From Octopus sinensis (taxonomy: Eukaryota): a stretch of 64,000 nucleotides of DNA. The notes below the pieces were generated by a model. It did no database searches and was not told where the DNA came from. It saw only the letters and a list, made by a program, of their open reading frames with translations. The stretch is taken from positions 8,184,001 through 8,248,000 of the forward strand of contig NC_043020.1 in NCBI RefSeq assembly GCF_006345805.1, read 5' to 3'. Shown piece by piece: positions 11,025-23,879 of this stretch; positions within the stretch are counted from its first letter, which is position 1, and each line of letters starts with the position of its first letter. A program made the position numbers and the translations under genes.

Positions 11025-11225
11025 TAATATTAGGGAATAAATCCAAACTTACAGGGAAAAAATCAGATTTAGGATTGAATCCAATTTTATAGTAAAATAT
11101 AATATAATATTAATTAGAGACAAACCAACCACTATTATGCAAATCAAACAATGAAAAACTTGAGCCAATACATAATATTTAATTTATTTTTAAATATAAC
11201 AAAATTATTAAAAAATATAATTAAA
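11018..11225. mobile_element. AT-rich (TA)n-anchored element (family T), unfolded copy
   Basis: ATATTAGGGAATAAATCCAAACTTACAGGG...GCCAATACATAA matches 41605-41816; flanked by (TA)n. Confidence 0.7.
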
Positions 11226-11589
11226 TATATATATATATATATTTTATATACATACACACTTTCCAAATACTTATTATTACTATTAATATATATTTATGGT
11301 TTATTTCCCTAACGAAACAAAGAAATATAGACACACACACACACACACATGCACACTCAGTTACACATTTGTTTATTCATTTAACATCAGTTTTCCCATG
11401 CTGGCATGAGTTAGATGAAAAACTTGTTGCAGCAGGTCTTTTTGACTAGATACGCTCCCTATCACCAATCCTTACTGGTTTTTTTTTCAAAATAGGGATT
11501 TTATTCCAGGAAAAGCCAAGCAACCAATCATCATGTCAATAGGGAATATTTCACTGAAGCTTTGATATGTGGATAATAACTGTCGTACT

Positions 11590-11792
11590 CCTGTCAAGCC
11601 GTCCAACCCATGCCAGTATGGAAAATGGACGTGAAAGAAGCCCGTCATATATGTATATATACATTAGGAAAGGCATCCAGCCATAGAAACCGTGCCAAAT
11701 CAGACTGGAACTCCAGTTTACCAGTTCCAGTTAAACTGTCCAACCCATGACAGCATGGAAAGCAGATGCTAAATAATGAGGATGATGATGAT
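11590..11792 (+). mobile_element. SINE/LINE-tail family E with (GAT)n tail (two nested tails)
   Basis: GTCCAACCCATGCCAGCATGGAAA...GATGATG and AGGAAAGGCATCCAGCC motifs shared with 18825-19066. Confidence 0.7.
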
Positions 11793-11799
11793 GGTGTTT

Positions 11800-12438
11800 G
11801 TGTGTGTGTGTGTCTTTGTGTATGTGTTTTCCCACCACCACCGCTTGACTACTGGTGTTAGTACTTTTACATCTCTCTAACTTAGCAGTTTGGCGAAACA
11901 GACCGATAGAATAAGCACCAAGTTTAACTAAAAAAAGTTTTGAGGTTGATTCTTTCAACTAATAATTCTTCAAGGCAGTGCCCCAGCATGGCTGTAGTCT
12001 CAAAACTGACACAGGTAAAAGACAAAAGATATATATATATATATATAGGCGCAGGAGTGGCTGTGTGGTAAGTAGCTTGCTAACCAACCACATGGTTCCG
12101 GGTTCAGTCCCACTCCGTGGCATCTTGGGCAAGTGACTTCTGCTATAGCCCCGGGCCGACCAATGCCTTGTGAGTGGATTTGGTAGACGGAAACTGAAAG
12201 AAGCCTGTCGTATAATGTATATGTATATATGTGTGTGTGTTGTTTGTTCCCCTAGCATTGCTTGACAACCGATGCTGGTGTGTTTACGTCCCCGTCACTT
12301 AGCGGTTCGGCAAAAAGAGACCGATAGAATAAGTACTGGATTTACAAAGAATAAGTCCCAGGGTCGATTTACTCGACTAAAGGCGGTGCTCCAGCATGGC
12401 CGCAGTCAAATGACTGAAACAAGTAAAAGAGTAAAGAG
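11800..12438 (+). mobile_element. SINE family B: degenerate tail (11800-12030) followed by a full copy (12046-12438)
   Basis: Same head and tail motifs as the other B copies. Confidence 0.85.
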
Positions 12439-12759
12439 TATATATATTAGACACACACACACACACATATACAACAGGCTTCCTACAGTTTCTCTCAGCA
12501 AAATCTACTTGCAAGCACTAGTTGACTTAGGACTATAGTAAAACGTGCATGTGCTTATATACACAGGCAAGGATTGGTGATAGGAAGAGCATCCATCTGC
12601 AAAATCCTACTTCAGATAAGTACCTGTCCAGCCCAGGTTAACATTTAAAAATAGATGCTAAATGAGCAAACGAATACACACACACACACACACACATATT
12701 GAAAGAAGATAACTCTGAAATAGAATCCAGACATTATACATTATTTAATTTTATCTTTA

Positions 12760-13520
12760 AACCTTCCTTATTTTAATGCTTTATTAATTAAAATAAAGGT
12801 CTACTCTGTAAGGAATGTCTAGCAAACAAAATACTAAATAACCTTTTTACTAATTGTTTCCACTAAATTAATTAATTACAACAGGTGGTTGATTGAGTTT
12901 GTATTTACGTTTTATAAACTTCCATTTGTTTTTTTTTGTTCTTTTTCTTTTAAATGGTGAGTATTTATTTGTTTTTAGATCGAATTTTATATCCCCAGAC
13001 TCTTAACTCTATGCGAATTTGTTTCAACTGTCGTTTTTAGATTTATGTCTTCAAGTAATTCAACTAGGTCTTTCCTGAACACATCTAGTTGTCGGGGTTT
13101 TTTTTATATATTTCATGTAATGATTAAAATACTACCTCAGTACAGACCATATTTTAAATAGTCAAATTTCTTGTTTAACCAATGTAAAATATAAAAGCCA
13201 GCAAGCTCACAAATTTCTGCAGAATCTATGCTTCCCATGGCTACACCAAAAACATTAGAGTCCTCTTTTTTTCACCTATTAACCCTTATCAAAAGCAAGT
13301 TATAATTTTCTTACATGCAGGATTATTTTGATATTCAATTCCTTAATTTGAAGGTAATTTATTTCCAAAACTAATGCTCTTCTGTGTAAAGATTTAGTAA
13401 TCGATGGTTAAAGTTATCTAATGTTGAATTAGGTAAATTTGAATTGGTGTTTGTTGGTTAAAACTAATTAATAAGAAGTACTACCATTATTCTATAAATC
13501 AGCTATTTCTTAAATTTTAA
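12760..13520 (-). pseudogene. Decayed Penelope-like element reverse transcriptase fragment
   Basis: Minus-strand translation gives FT*FNIR*L*PSITKSL (FIQFDIxDFYPSIS-like), VAMGSIDSAEICELAGFYILHWL (13238 down), YGLY*GS (GLYRDD-like), RQLDVFRKDLVELLEDINLKTTVETN...DLKTNKYSPF. Motif order matches PLE RT from memory; many stops and frameshifts. Confidence 0.8.
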
Positions 13521-13574
13521 CAATAATCTTAATATATATATATATATATATATGCAGCATGGAATTTTGTCAGT

Positions 13575-13760
13575 GATCAGGTCACAGTTTCTGCTGTACT
13601 CTTTCGCCACAACTTTCTCTCACTCATTCTTCTGTTGGCCTGCTTGCTTAGCCAGTGGGGTGGCGTCATTTGAAGGCTATAACAATGCGAAATGCATTGT
13701 GACTAGTGATGTGTAGCAACATCTGATAGCCTGGTCGGTCACGGTAGTCACAGTGATATA
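13575..13760 (+). mobile_element. SINE family A, 5'-truncated, tail type 2
   Basis: Matches the reverse complement of 27475-27640. Confidence 0.8.
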
Positions 13761-14711
13761 TATATATATATATATATATATACCTAATCTAATCCAGTTT
13801 AGGTATACATATATACATATACCGAATCTAATTCAATTTAGGTTTGGTTAACAAAGATAATTTTATCAGTAATCCGTCAGAGATTATTGGTAAAATTATG
13901 ATGATTGTCTTTAGATTAATTTTATTTTAACATTCATATTTAATGAAGTTTAATGTTTAACCCTATCGTTTGTAGCTGATTGTAACACATTCCTTAGCTT
14001 GTAAATTGATGTAATTGGATGGGTTATTGGGAGGGGTGGGCTGTAAGCATTGGTAACACTATTAGAAAAGAACATATAATAAATGCGATTACAGGTGTCT
14101 TACAAATTTTCACTTTTCTCCAAGTAGACAAAGATGTTCCTTGAATTGTAAAGACTCACTAGACATAGATATTCACCGAAATAGTTTCAGTGTAGCTTTA
14201 ATTGTCAAACCAGAAAAAAATTAACTTTACTCTCTTCTGTCTCCACCCCATAAGCATTTTGTGCCTTCCTCACCTTCTTTCTCTCCCCCTCCTTACTCTC
14301 CTATTTCTTCTTTTTTCCTTATAAGTTTTTTTTTTTTTTCACCAACCCAATTGTGACCATCTATACAGATTTTTTATTTATGTACTAAATATACTGTTAC
14401 TCCACTCTTACTAGTACTAATCATTCGTTTACTTTGTCCAACTCTCTTGGGACTTCCTTTCTAAAATTTCTTTCCGTTCCTCTGGAACCAAACACTCGGT
14501 TTAATTCCATTTTAAGCTGAAACATTAGCATTTACCATTTTCCGTTCTAGCAGGAAAGATTTTCAGATTGCTCTGGTTGTTTGGTCCTATTGATAAGTAT
14601 AATAGTAAGTTGATACGGCTTTGAAAATTTCTACACATTTGGGTTTCCTTTTATATATTAATAAGGAAGCCCCCTAACCCCACCCGCATAATGTTTTTCA
14701 ATGCTGTATCA

Positions 14712-14725
14712 AATTACTATATATA

Positions 14726-14795
<70 letters not shown>

Positions 14796-14874
14796 ATCAA
14801 CAGACAACACTCACACACACATAAATGTGTATATATGTATGTGCATATATATGCATATGAGTGTATTATATGAA

Positions 14875-14906
<32 letters not shown>

Positions 14907-14907
14907 A

Positions 14908-14941
<34 letters not shown>

Positions 14942-15108
14942 GTATATATACATATATATATATATATTTGTGTGTGTGTATATATATATATATATAAATG
15001 CATATATATATATGTATATATATATATATAAATGTATATATACATATATAAATGTATATGTACATATATAAATGTATATATACATATATATATATATATA
15101 CATATAAG

Positions 15109-15140
<32 letters not shown>

Positions 15141-15157
15141 TATATATATACATATAA

Positions 15158-15201
<44 letters not shown>

Positions 15202-15205
15202 TATG
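14712..15205. repeat. Large compound (TA)n tract with TAAATG/TACA interruptions
   Basis: Direct reading. Confidence 0.95.
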
Positions 15206-15884
15206 TATGTATTAGAGATGATATAACTGAAGGAAGTAGGCTGTGTGATTAAGGTTAAATGTATTATTGTATTTAGTTTCATATTCAATTATGTTGGTTT
15301 TTATGGGTACTTAGTCTATGACCTTGAGTCAATGTTAATGAAATCAGTGTGTAATATAACAGCATTAGTATTGCATTATAGCATAGACAATACCATTATA
15401 GTACAAACAATATCGTTATACTATATGCAGCATAATGATATCAGTGCGTACACTGCTGCCGTGATTTTTTTAAATATTGGCCTTGATTTTGAATATGTTG
15501 TGTATTTTTTTGACTTTGAGGAGAATTGATAGTTTGTGTATCATTCTGTTTGTGTGCGTGTTGATGGGGTGGAAGGATTGATGATTTCAAATGCTTGGTT
15601 GTCTTCAATTTTGGTCAGTGCTTCTAAGTGCAAACTTGGTCGTGGGGATTAAGATGTTTCGTTTGCAACCAGGTGATTTCAGGTTCAGTTCCACTTTGTG
15701 ACGCTTTGAGCAAGTGTCTCCATGTACTATAGCCTTAAGTCAGCCAATGTTTTTTTTTTTGGGGGGGGGGAGGTATATTAGTTGACAGAAATTATAGGAA
15801 GCCAATTGTATGTGTATCTTCATCACCATTTCACATCCATATTTCATTTCATGCTGAAGATGGTTTGATAGATATATATTTCTT

Positions 15885-16110
15885 TATTGCCCACAAGGGG
15901 CTAAACACAGAGGGGACAAACAAAGACAGACAAAGGAATTAAGTCTTTTACATCGACCCCAGTGCGTAACTGGTACTTAATTTATCGACCCCGAAAGGAT
16001 GAAAGGCAAAGTTGACCTCGGCGGAATTTGAACTCACAGCGTAATGGCAGACGAAGTATGGCTACGCATTTCGCCCGGCGTGCTAACGTTTCTGCCAGCT
16101 CGCCGCCTAT
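15885..16110 (-). mobile_element. SINE family C (tail ending AAGAAAT) with ~16-bp TSD
   Basis: Central GTCGACTTTGCCTTTCATCCTTTCGGGGTCGATAAATTAAGTACCAG domain (Meta/MESC-like from memory, unverified); minus-strand TSD ATATCTATC(T/A)AACCAT. Confidence 0.85.
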
Positions 16111-16418
16111 ATGGTTAGATAGATATAGTTTGTGCATGTATGTATGTGTGTGTATGTATGTATGTATGTACACACTCACAATCCATCTGTCTTAAACCCT
16201 TTCGATACTGATGTGTCTGAAGCTGCCTCTGGTTCTGTCAAAAGAGTTTCTTGTTTTAAAGACGTATAAATTAAAACCTTCCATCAAACTTTCAGGTAAA
16301 AACACACCAGCTTAGTAATCCTTTCTACTATAGACACAATTTGGTGGGGAGGGGCTAGTTAATTACATTGACCCCGGTGTTCGACTGGTACTTATTTTAT
16401 CGACCACAAAAGGATTAG

Positions 16419-16627
16419 CCCTTTAGTATTTAAACCTGCCATATCCGGCCAAAATAGTTAATCTGCTTTATGTTCAAACAGACCAGATCCAGGCTCTCAC
16501 ACCTACCCTACAATGTTATTCTACATTAAGTAATTACACCATCAAGCTCTTGAAGATATGAGATAATGCATGATTAATTCAAATCAATGGGAATTATGTT
16601 TGATTCAATAATCTGAACACTAAAGGG
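16419..16627 (-). mobile_element. piggyBac-type MITE (family P)
   Basis: CCCTTTAG...CTAAAGGG ends, TTAG/TTAA flanks; relatives at 29226, 30020, 32943, 37897, 39054. Confidence 0.75.
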
Positions 16628-17259
16628 TTAAAGGCTCAGCCACTCCAGATGACAGATGATGTGTCCCTGAGCATTTTGGCCAGTGTACTAACAATTTTGC
16701 CAGCTCACTGCCTGACACTAGTTTCATAATGACAAAGATATTCTACTAAATTCCTCATTTTTCTGAAATTAATTAAAACAAAGCCATGTATTTCAAAGGA
16801 GATGGGCTAACAAAAGGGTTAGTTTATGTTCCAAACAACAGCATAATAATGACAAAGTTATTTTTTCTAAATTCTTTGTTGTCTTCAAAATCAATTGAAA
16901 CAAAAGCAGTGGATTTTAACAGAAATAGGGCAACAAAGGGATTAATATAATAACAGTAATAATTATTTTCATTTTTTTAATTCCACTTTTGATTTCTAAC
17001 TTTGGTACAAGCCTAATAGTTTTTATGGAAGAGATGTTTATTTTATCAACCTTGGAAGGCTGGAAAAGAAAACTGAATCTTTGCAGAACCTGAACCCTGA
17101 ATGTAAGGAAAAGTGATTGAAGTCTAGTGAAACTTTTTAGTTTGGTGTTCTGTTGTTTCAGTTACCATTCCAAATTCTAGCATTGGAACAAGACCACAAA
17201 TATATATATATAGGGTGGGGCAAAATGGGTGACTCTCAGTTAGGGGTGTAGCTAGGGTA

Positions 17260-17424
17260 AATGGCACCCAGGGCAAGCATCGAAATTGTGCCCCCCTCCC
17301 CAACCAAAAAGTAGGAACTTGCTTAGAAATGGCTTAATTAGGAAATGAACTTGGCCAAAATTGTGCCACTCAAAGTGGCACTCAGGGCATGTGCCCTGCT
17401 TGTCTCACCCTAGTTATACCCCTG
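17260..17424. mobile_element. Small MITE with AGGGGTGTAGCTAGGGT / ACCCTAGTTATACCCCTG termini
   Basis: About 17-bp imperfect TIRs. Confidence 0.55.
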
Positions 17425-17674
17425 CTTATTTTACTAGTCATGCTTAGCAGTATTTCATCTGCTGCTACGTTCTGAGTTCAAATTCTGCTAAGGTCGACTT
17501 TGCTTTTCATTCTTACAGAGTCAAGGAATTATGTACCAGTTACACACTGGGGGTCAGTGTAATCAACTAGTGCCCTCCCCCAAAAATTTTAAGTCTTGTG
17601 CCTATCGTAGAAAGGACTATTATTATTATTATTATTAGGGTGATAATAGATAAATAGAGAGAGATACTACGTAT

Positions 17675-18080
17675 ATCTTTTATTCCTTTCAGTCATTAGA
17701 TTGCGGCCATGCTGGGGCACAGCCTTGAAGAAATTTTAGTTGAATGAATCTGCCCCAGTACTTACTGGTTTTTAAAAAATTTTTTTGTTTTCAATTTTGA
17801 GCCTAGGACTTACTCTATCAGTCTCTTTTGCCGAACCACTAAATTATGGGAATGTAAACATACCAACACCTGTCAAGCAGTGGCAGAAGACAAACACACA
17901 CACTCACTCACTCACTCATGAGCTTCTTTCAGTTTCCGTCTACCAAATCCACTCACAAGGCTTTGGTCAGTCTGGAGTTATTGTAGAAGATACTTGCCCA
18001 GGGCGGCACACTGTGGGACTGAACCCAAATCCATGTGATTTGGAAGCAAGCTTCTTACCACACAGCCATGCCTATGCCTA
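17675..18080 (-). mobile_element. SINE family B (older, diverged)
   Basis: Same architecture with more substitutions. Confidence 0.8.
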
Positions 18081-18824
18081 TTGTGGATGATAAATATTTT
18101 TTATCATCATCATCATCATCGTCATTGTCATTATTGCTATACAACATAAGAACATATGTCAGAGAGTAATGAGCAACAGGTCCACTATCCTGTCATTAAG
18201 GCTTTTGACCCCTTTTGCCTTTGCCCCAAACCCCATATTTAGTGGTCTAAGGTTATTTCACATTTATCATATTAAGTTGTTGTTCCTTATTGTTGTAGTT
18301 GTTGTTATTTATCTAGTTGTGTTATTGTCTTCCTATGTAAACGTTAACCCACTCCTGCCCACCACCATTCAGCTGGAATATTAATGGTGGTGGCGGTGTG
18401 CAGTGGGGGGATAAGGTATATTTCAGTTTCAGGTAAGTTGTATGATTTAATAAGGAGTGTCTCACCTTGTCTAAGTCTTAATCTTGAAATAACATTAAAA
18501 ATTAATTAAAAAAATAATAATACGGCTGCCGCCAGTGGTGAAATTTGAACTCTTATTTCTTTAACTAACCATCTTAATTAAACTAAACTAAACATCACCT
18601 CAGTAGAATATTTCTGAGATAATTGCATTTCTTTATATTTCATTTTTTTTTTTTTTATTATTTTTTTTTTTTTTTTACTGTTTTTGTTTTATTTTAATTT
18701 TTTCTTTCTGAAGCTTGTAATAATTATCTCCACAAGCTCTGTTTGCTGAGTATTGTTAATTAGAATTAATTAAAATGATAGAGAATTATTTTCCATCCCT
18801 GTCCCAGCCAGACAAATTACATAG

Positions 18825-19066
18825 GTAAGAAGGCCGGTGGCACGTAAAAGCACCATCCGTTTGTCAGCTCCGTCTGGCACCTGTGCGGGTGGCACGTAAA
18901 AAGCACCCACTACACTCACGGAGTGGTTGGCGTTAGGAAGGGCATCCAGCCGTAGAAACACTGCCAGATCTGACTGGGCCTGATGCAGCCTTCCGGCTTC
19001 ACAGACCCCAGTTGAACTGTCCAACCTATGCTAGCATGGAAAGCGGACGCTAAATGATGATGATGA
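18825..19066 (+). mobile_element. SINE/LINE-tail family E with (GAT)n tail
   Basis: GTGGCACGTAAAAAGCACCCACTACAC...GGCGTTAGGAAGGGCATCCAGC...GATGATG; copies at 35058, 42997, 55229, 61133 (-) and 62580 (+). Confidence 0.8.
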
Positions 19067-19295
19067 AGGCCATTAGCAATTAATTACTGATATCTTGGAT
19101 ATCTTCTCTTCTGCAATTCCCCTAATCAAGCCTTGAGTTAATGGAATGTTGTATTTCTGCTTCAGACACACACACACACACATCTGGTTGTCTTGGACAC
19201 ATTGGTCTCACTTCTGCAGGGACACATCATCTGGTTCCTGGCCCTTAATTGTCTCCCTTCTGCAGAGATGCAATATTTGGTACCTGTTTCATATT

Positions 19296-19612
19296 TAATA
19301 ATAATAATAATAATAATAAAAACATTGTGTACAGTGCTCAGGTGCACTACAACTCATCTAAAGTAAATGTATAATCAGGTGTAGTTTCGGCGGATTTCGG
19401 AAAGCATGAGGGCCTTAAAGGATGCAGTGTCATGGCAGTCAACAACTGACGCAGGCAGTTTGTTCCATGCTTCAGCAACTCTGAGCATGGAAAAATGTTT
19501 CCGAAAGTCATGGGAGCTGTGTTGTTTTCTGACTTTGTAGGCATGTCCACGTGTGTTAGACACATGGAGATCAAAAAGGTGTTCAGTGTTCTGCTGAAGC
19601 CCATCAGTAGAC
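19296..19612 (-). mobile_element. CR1/L2-clade LINE 3' fragment
   Basis: Minus-strand NTRGHAYKVRKQHSSHDFRKHFSMLRVAEAWNKLPASVVDCHDTASFK fits the CR1 RT C-terminus TRGH..K...R..FFS.RV...WN.LP..VV...S...FK; (TTA)n tail. Confidence 0.85.
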
Positions 19613-20147
19613 ATTTGTCTTCCTTCTTCAGGGACTCAGTATCCGGTGCCAGGAACAAGTGTTCCAACCACAGAGACACATTATGCTTCATATGCATTTC
19701 TCTCATTTCTACAGAGACATTTCCGGTGCCTAATCCACATTTGCCTCCCTTCTTTGGGGCCACAGCGTCTAAGGCCAGGAACACACATGTTCCAACTACA
19801 GAGACACATTTTCTGATGCCTGGTACATATTTGTGTATTTCTGACTTGTTCTCTCAACCACACCTCAGGTACCTTCTTAATTTGGCTCCAGCTGGGCTGG
19901 AACTGAAAAGGGAGATGCTAAACTTGTCATTTTATAACCCTGATCAAACAAACCTAAAACCAGTACTGAGAAATCAAAATATAGTTTCTCTGTAGAAAAC
20001 TTTTGAATATACCTCTCCAAGTGGTGGTGGTCGTGGTCATGGTGCTAAATTGCCTTAGGACTTGAATTCTCTCTAAACACTGAAAGTCAAGACCATCTTG
20101 TAAAATGACAAACTCTACTCACTCCCACCTCCTCTCTCTTTATAAGT

Positions 20148-20925
20148 AAGTATTTCTCAGCCATTTTTTGCTAATGGGTCCCTCTTATTCCCATTTTACA
20201 CTACTGGACCCGTGGACCCTCACAACCATTCAATGTTTAAAAAAATCCAGTTATATTTTTATAATTAGACTAGCAGTATCGCCCGGCGTTGCTCGGGTTT
20301 GTAAGGGAAATAACTATATAAGCCTTTTTAGAGAGTTACTTCCCTTATAGATGCCAATTCGGGCTTTCTTAGCCATTTCTGTTTTGGTGTCTTCAAGCCA
20401 TGAAGTCGTTGTTCTAAAAGAACGCTGGTCTCCTTGACAACGCTTTACGACGTTGATTTCCTTACACTCCCTTCCCCACAGCTTCACGAGGGAGGGAAGA
20501 AGGGGGAGAAGCAAACAGGTGCAGGTGTGACCATGGACGCCAACTCCGCCGCCATCGACACATGAAAAATTATGCATTAAAATGGAATAAAAAATGATGT
20601 TAAATTATTTTTAAAATCGTAGACTCATCGTAGACGCACGCTAATACTCAGAAGGGCTCGATATGAATCACGATTATAAGATACCCGAATTTGGTTAAAC
20701 TGCACTGCAAAATGTGGGAGTAATTAGGAATCTAAATCGAAGGGGACAGACACTCACACAACTACAGTTTTATATATATAGATATTGTAAGAAATTGTGT
20801 AAAAAAAATTGTTGAAGTATTTTTTTGTTTTATAGAAATATAAGCATTCTATTGCATGTAAGGTTCAGCAACAAACTATTATATGGGCTCCAAAGGGCCA
20901 TTTGGACCCTGGTTGAGAACCACTG
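20148..20925. mobile_element. Old hAT (Charlie-type) MITE interrupted by a Helitron-like element
   Basis: Right end GGACCCTGGTTGAGAACCACTG; left part homologous to the reverse complement of 47981-48101; TSD degenerate. Confidence 0.65.
20269..20783 (+). mobile_element. Non-autonomous Helitron-like element (Lep1/DINE-1 type) with ~220-bp extra internal segment
   Basis: 5' ACTAGCAGTATCGCCCGGCGTTGCTCGGG hairpin; 3' GACAGACAC..TTTTATATATATAGAT; no TSD. Confidence 0.7.
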
Positions 20926-21239
20926 ATGTAAATAATCTTCCAAAAAAAAACACCAGAAAAATGTAAAAGCAGAATCACTGTATTTCCTCTGGTGACAAAT
21001 CTGGTGTAAATTAATCCAATTCATTCCCCTCTGCCATTAAAACCCAAAATGTGACCACCCTGTTTAGGGCCCCAAGGGATGATTTGCAGTGTTACCTAGT
21101 GTTTTTCTTATTTTTGAGCTGCATTGTTATTTAAAGTAAAGCAACATGGTGGGTCAATTAATCTAGGTTTTTTTTTTTTTTGATTAATTTGAAAATTAAT
21201 TAATGAAATTAAAAGTACAATTTGAAATTGAAGTAAATT

Positions 21240-21274
<35 letters not shown>

Positions 21275-21796
21275 TTAATTCAAAATGCATATTTGAAATT
21301 TGCTCTTTTGGGGGGATTTTTTTGTTTTTTTACATTTAATTTCCAGTTTCAGTTATTTTTATTTTATTTCATTTTTATTTATATTTATTGTTTAGTTTTG
21401 TTGAGACTCCTTGCCCTTTCCCACCCCCTACCCCTATTTATTTTGTGGAGACATTTTATTATTTTATTTTTGTTTCATTTTAGTTTTATCATTTTTGTAT
21501 TTAAGAATTTTTTTTTTTTTTTTTAGAAATATGAAAAAATGAAGTTCAATTAATTACATTAATTAAACTTCTCATTCCATTATTGTAATTTTCATTCAGA
21601 AATGGTATTCTTTTGATGATGATGATGATGATTTTTTTTTCATCTATTATTATGTATGTGTGTATGTCTGGGTGTGTGCTCTTTTGGTAATTAAAGTTTT
21701 TATTCATCAATAGCTAATAGGAGACTAATAAACTAATTAACATATAAAATATTAATTATCTTCGAATTTAACAAATACATATGCATATATATATAT

Positions 21797-21827
<31 letters not shown>

Positions 21828-21876
21828 CACACAAACATACTTTTACATACATATGTGTATTTGTGTGTGTGTATAT

Positions 21877-21908
<32 letters not shown>

Positions 21909-21945
21909 ATATATATATATATGTGTGTAACTATATATGTATTTA

Positions 21946-22075
21946 TAGGCGCAGAATTGGCTGTGTTATAAGAAGTTTGCTTCCCAACCACATGGTTCTG
22001 GGTTCAGTCCCACTGCATGGCACCTTGTGAGTGGATTTGGCAGACGGAAATTGAAAGAAGCCTTTCATGTATATG

Positions 22076-22106
<31 letters not shown>

Positions 22107-22290
22107 CTTTGTGTCTGTGCTTGTCCCCTCACCATCACTTGACAACCAATGTAGGTGTGTTTATGTCCCCGTAACTTAACGGTTCAGCATAAGAGACTGA
22201 TAGAGTAAGTTCTGGGGTCGATTTCTTCAACTAAGGTGGTGCTTCAGCATGGCCACAATCAAATGACTGAAACAAGTGAAAGAATAAAAG
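21946..22290 (+). mobile_element. SINE family B (internally deleted)
   Basis: Head and tail motifs present. Confidence 0.8.
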
Positions 22291-22359
22291 AATATACTAA
22301 CACACATACATTTATATACATATATTTATGCATTTCTATATATATATATGTGTATATGT

Positions 22360-22391
<32 letters not shown>

Positions 22392-23879
22392 GTATGCATG
22401 CACCAAACACAGACATATATATATAGAGAGAGAGAGAGAGACTCATATACTTCCTACTCCTTCATCTCCCCCAGCCCGTATTCATCATTCATTGCTCTCC
22501 ACCACCCTATCTATCATCAATCACATCCACCCCTCAACCCTGCTATTACTAGGCGGGTCTAGGGTCTAGCGACTACACAGAGAGGCTCCTTGGCTAACTC
22601 AACTCACTTTGACCTACAAACACCCTCCATGCAGCCCCCCCCACACACACACATGCGCAAATTATGGGTTTCATAGTTAAGGGTGTGCTTTGGTCATAGA
22701 CACACAGTTGGAAGAGGGGGTGCAACTGTTGATAGGATATGAACCTCAATCAGTAACCTTTGAGTTAGTAGACTTATGACTGCAACTCAGTCAGTTCTCC
22801 CTCTTTCCTTGTTCCAGTTTGCCCCCACTTTGCAATACACACACACTCTCTCTCTCTCTCTGTCCCCTTACATTTATTTCTCTTTCTGTCCCACGCTTCT
22901 ACAAATCTATTTATATATGTATGTAAATGGATACACAGACACACATTCGGCTATTAATGATAGCCATAAATATATGCCTGAAATTTAATTGGACCCAGAA
23001 ATTTAAGTGTCGTACTTGACTGTTGGACAGAAGTGGACGAAAGAAAAATCTAAAATCAGGAGAAACTAATAATAGTTTGCAGTGTGTCAAATAGTTGAAA
23101 CAGAATATGGCTGGTGGGCTAAGTAGCCAGAAAATAGTCTGTGAACTTCATGGGATGAAATACAACACTGGTGATTTGTAGCAGGAAAAACATTTACAAT
23201 GCCTGTTTGGACAGTAAGAGGTTGCAGGTGCTTCGTGGTGCAATCAGTATCCTGGTCATCTAGAAAGCAAAAGATATGGTTTCCAAATCTTCTTGGAGGG
23301 ACCGTGGTTTTTTGGGGGGTTTTTTTCTACTTAGAAATAGGTGGGGGTTGGCAACAGGAAGGGCACCTGACTGTAGAAAATTTGCCTCAATAAACTCCAT
23401 CTGACCAGTGCAAGCATGGAAAATTGGATGTTGAAATTATAGTGATGAAGATAAGTGCTATTTAGTGTCTGATATTATCTGTATTCAAATTGTCGACATT
23501 TTTATATATTTACACGTGTGTGTTCTCACCATCATAATCATTATAAATAGATAGATAGAGAGAGAATGAACATGTGCTTTTTTTTCTTTTGGTTGTGGTT
23601 TTTATTTTCATGCAGTTTGCTCTTAACAATGCACTCCTATATTCAAAGGTATTCCAGCCAATCATTTATTCAGACATGTAGTCCAAGTGCATCTTGGACT
23701 ACATCATTCTATGTCAGAAGATAGTAGAGAGTATGATGCGTGGAGATTCAGATACTATATCTCATAACCTTTTAAAAGATCTCTCATTTTTGATTTTTTT
23801 AATATATGCATATAGTGTGATAGGTGTTAGAATTGGTAAAGTGTCAGCCACATTGTCTTGTGGTACTTCACCAAATTTA

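Noticed and set aside
19190-19830. Degenerate APDxxSLxKxDKC-like coding repeat around the CR1 fragment
   Set aside because: Irregular period, in-frame stops, and split by a LINE tail; cannot be separated from a decayed minisatellite.
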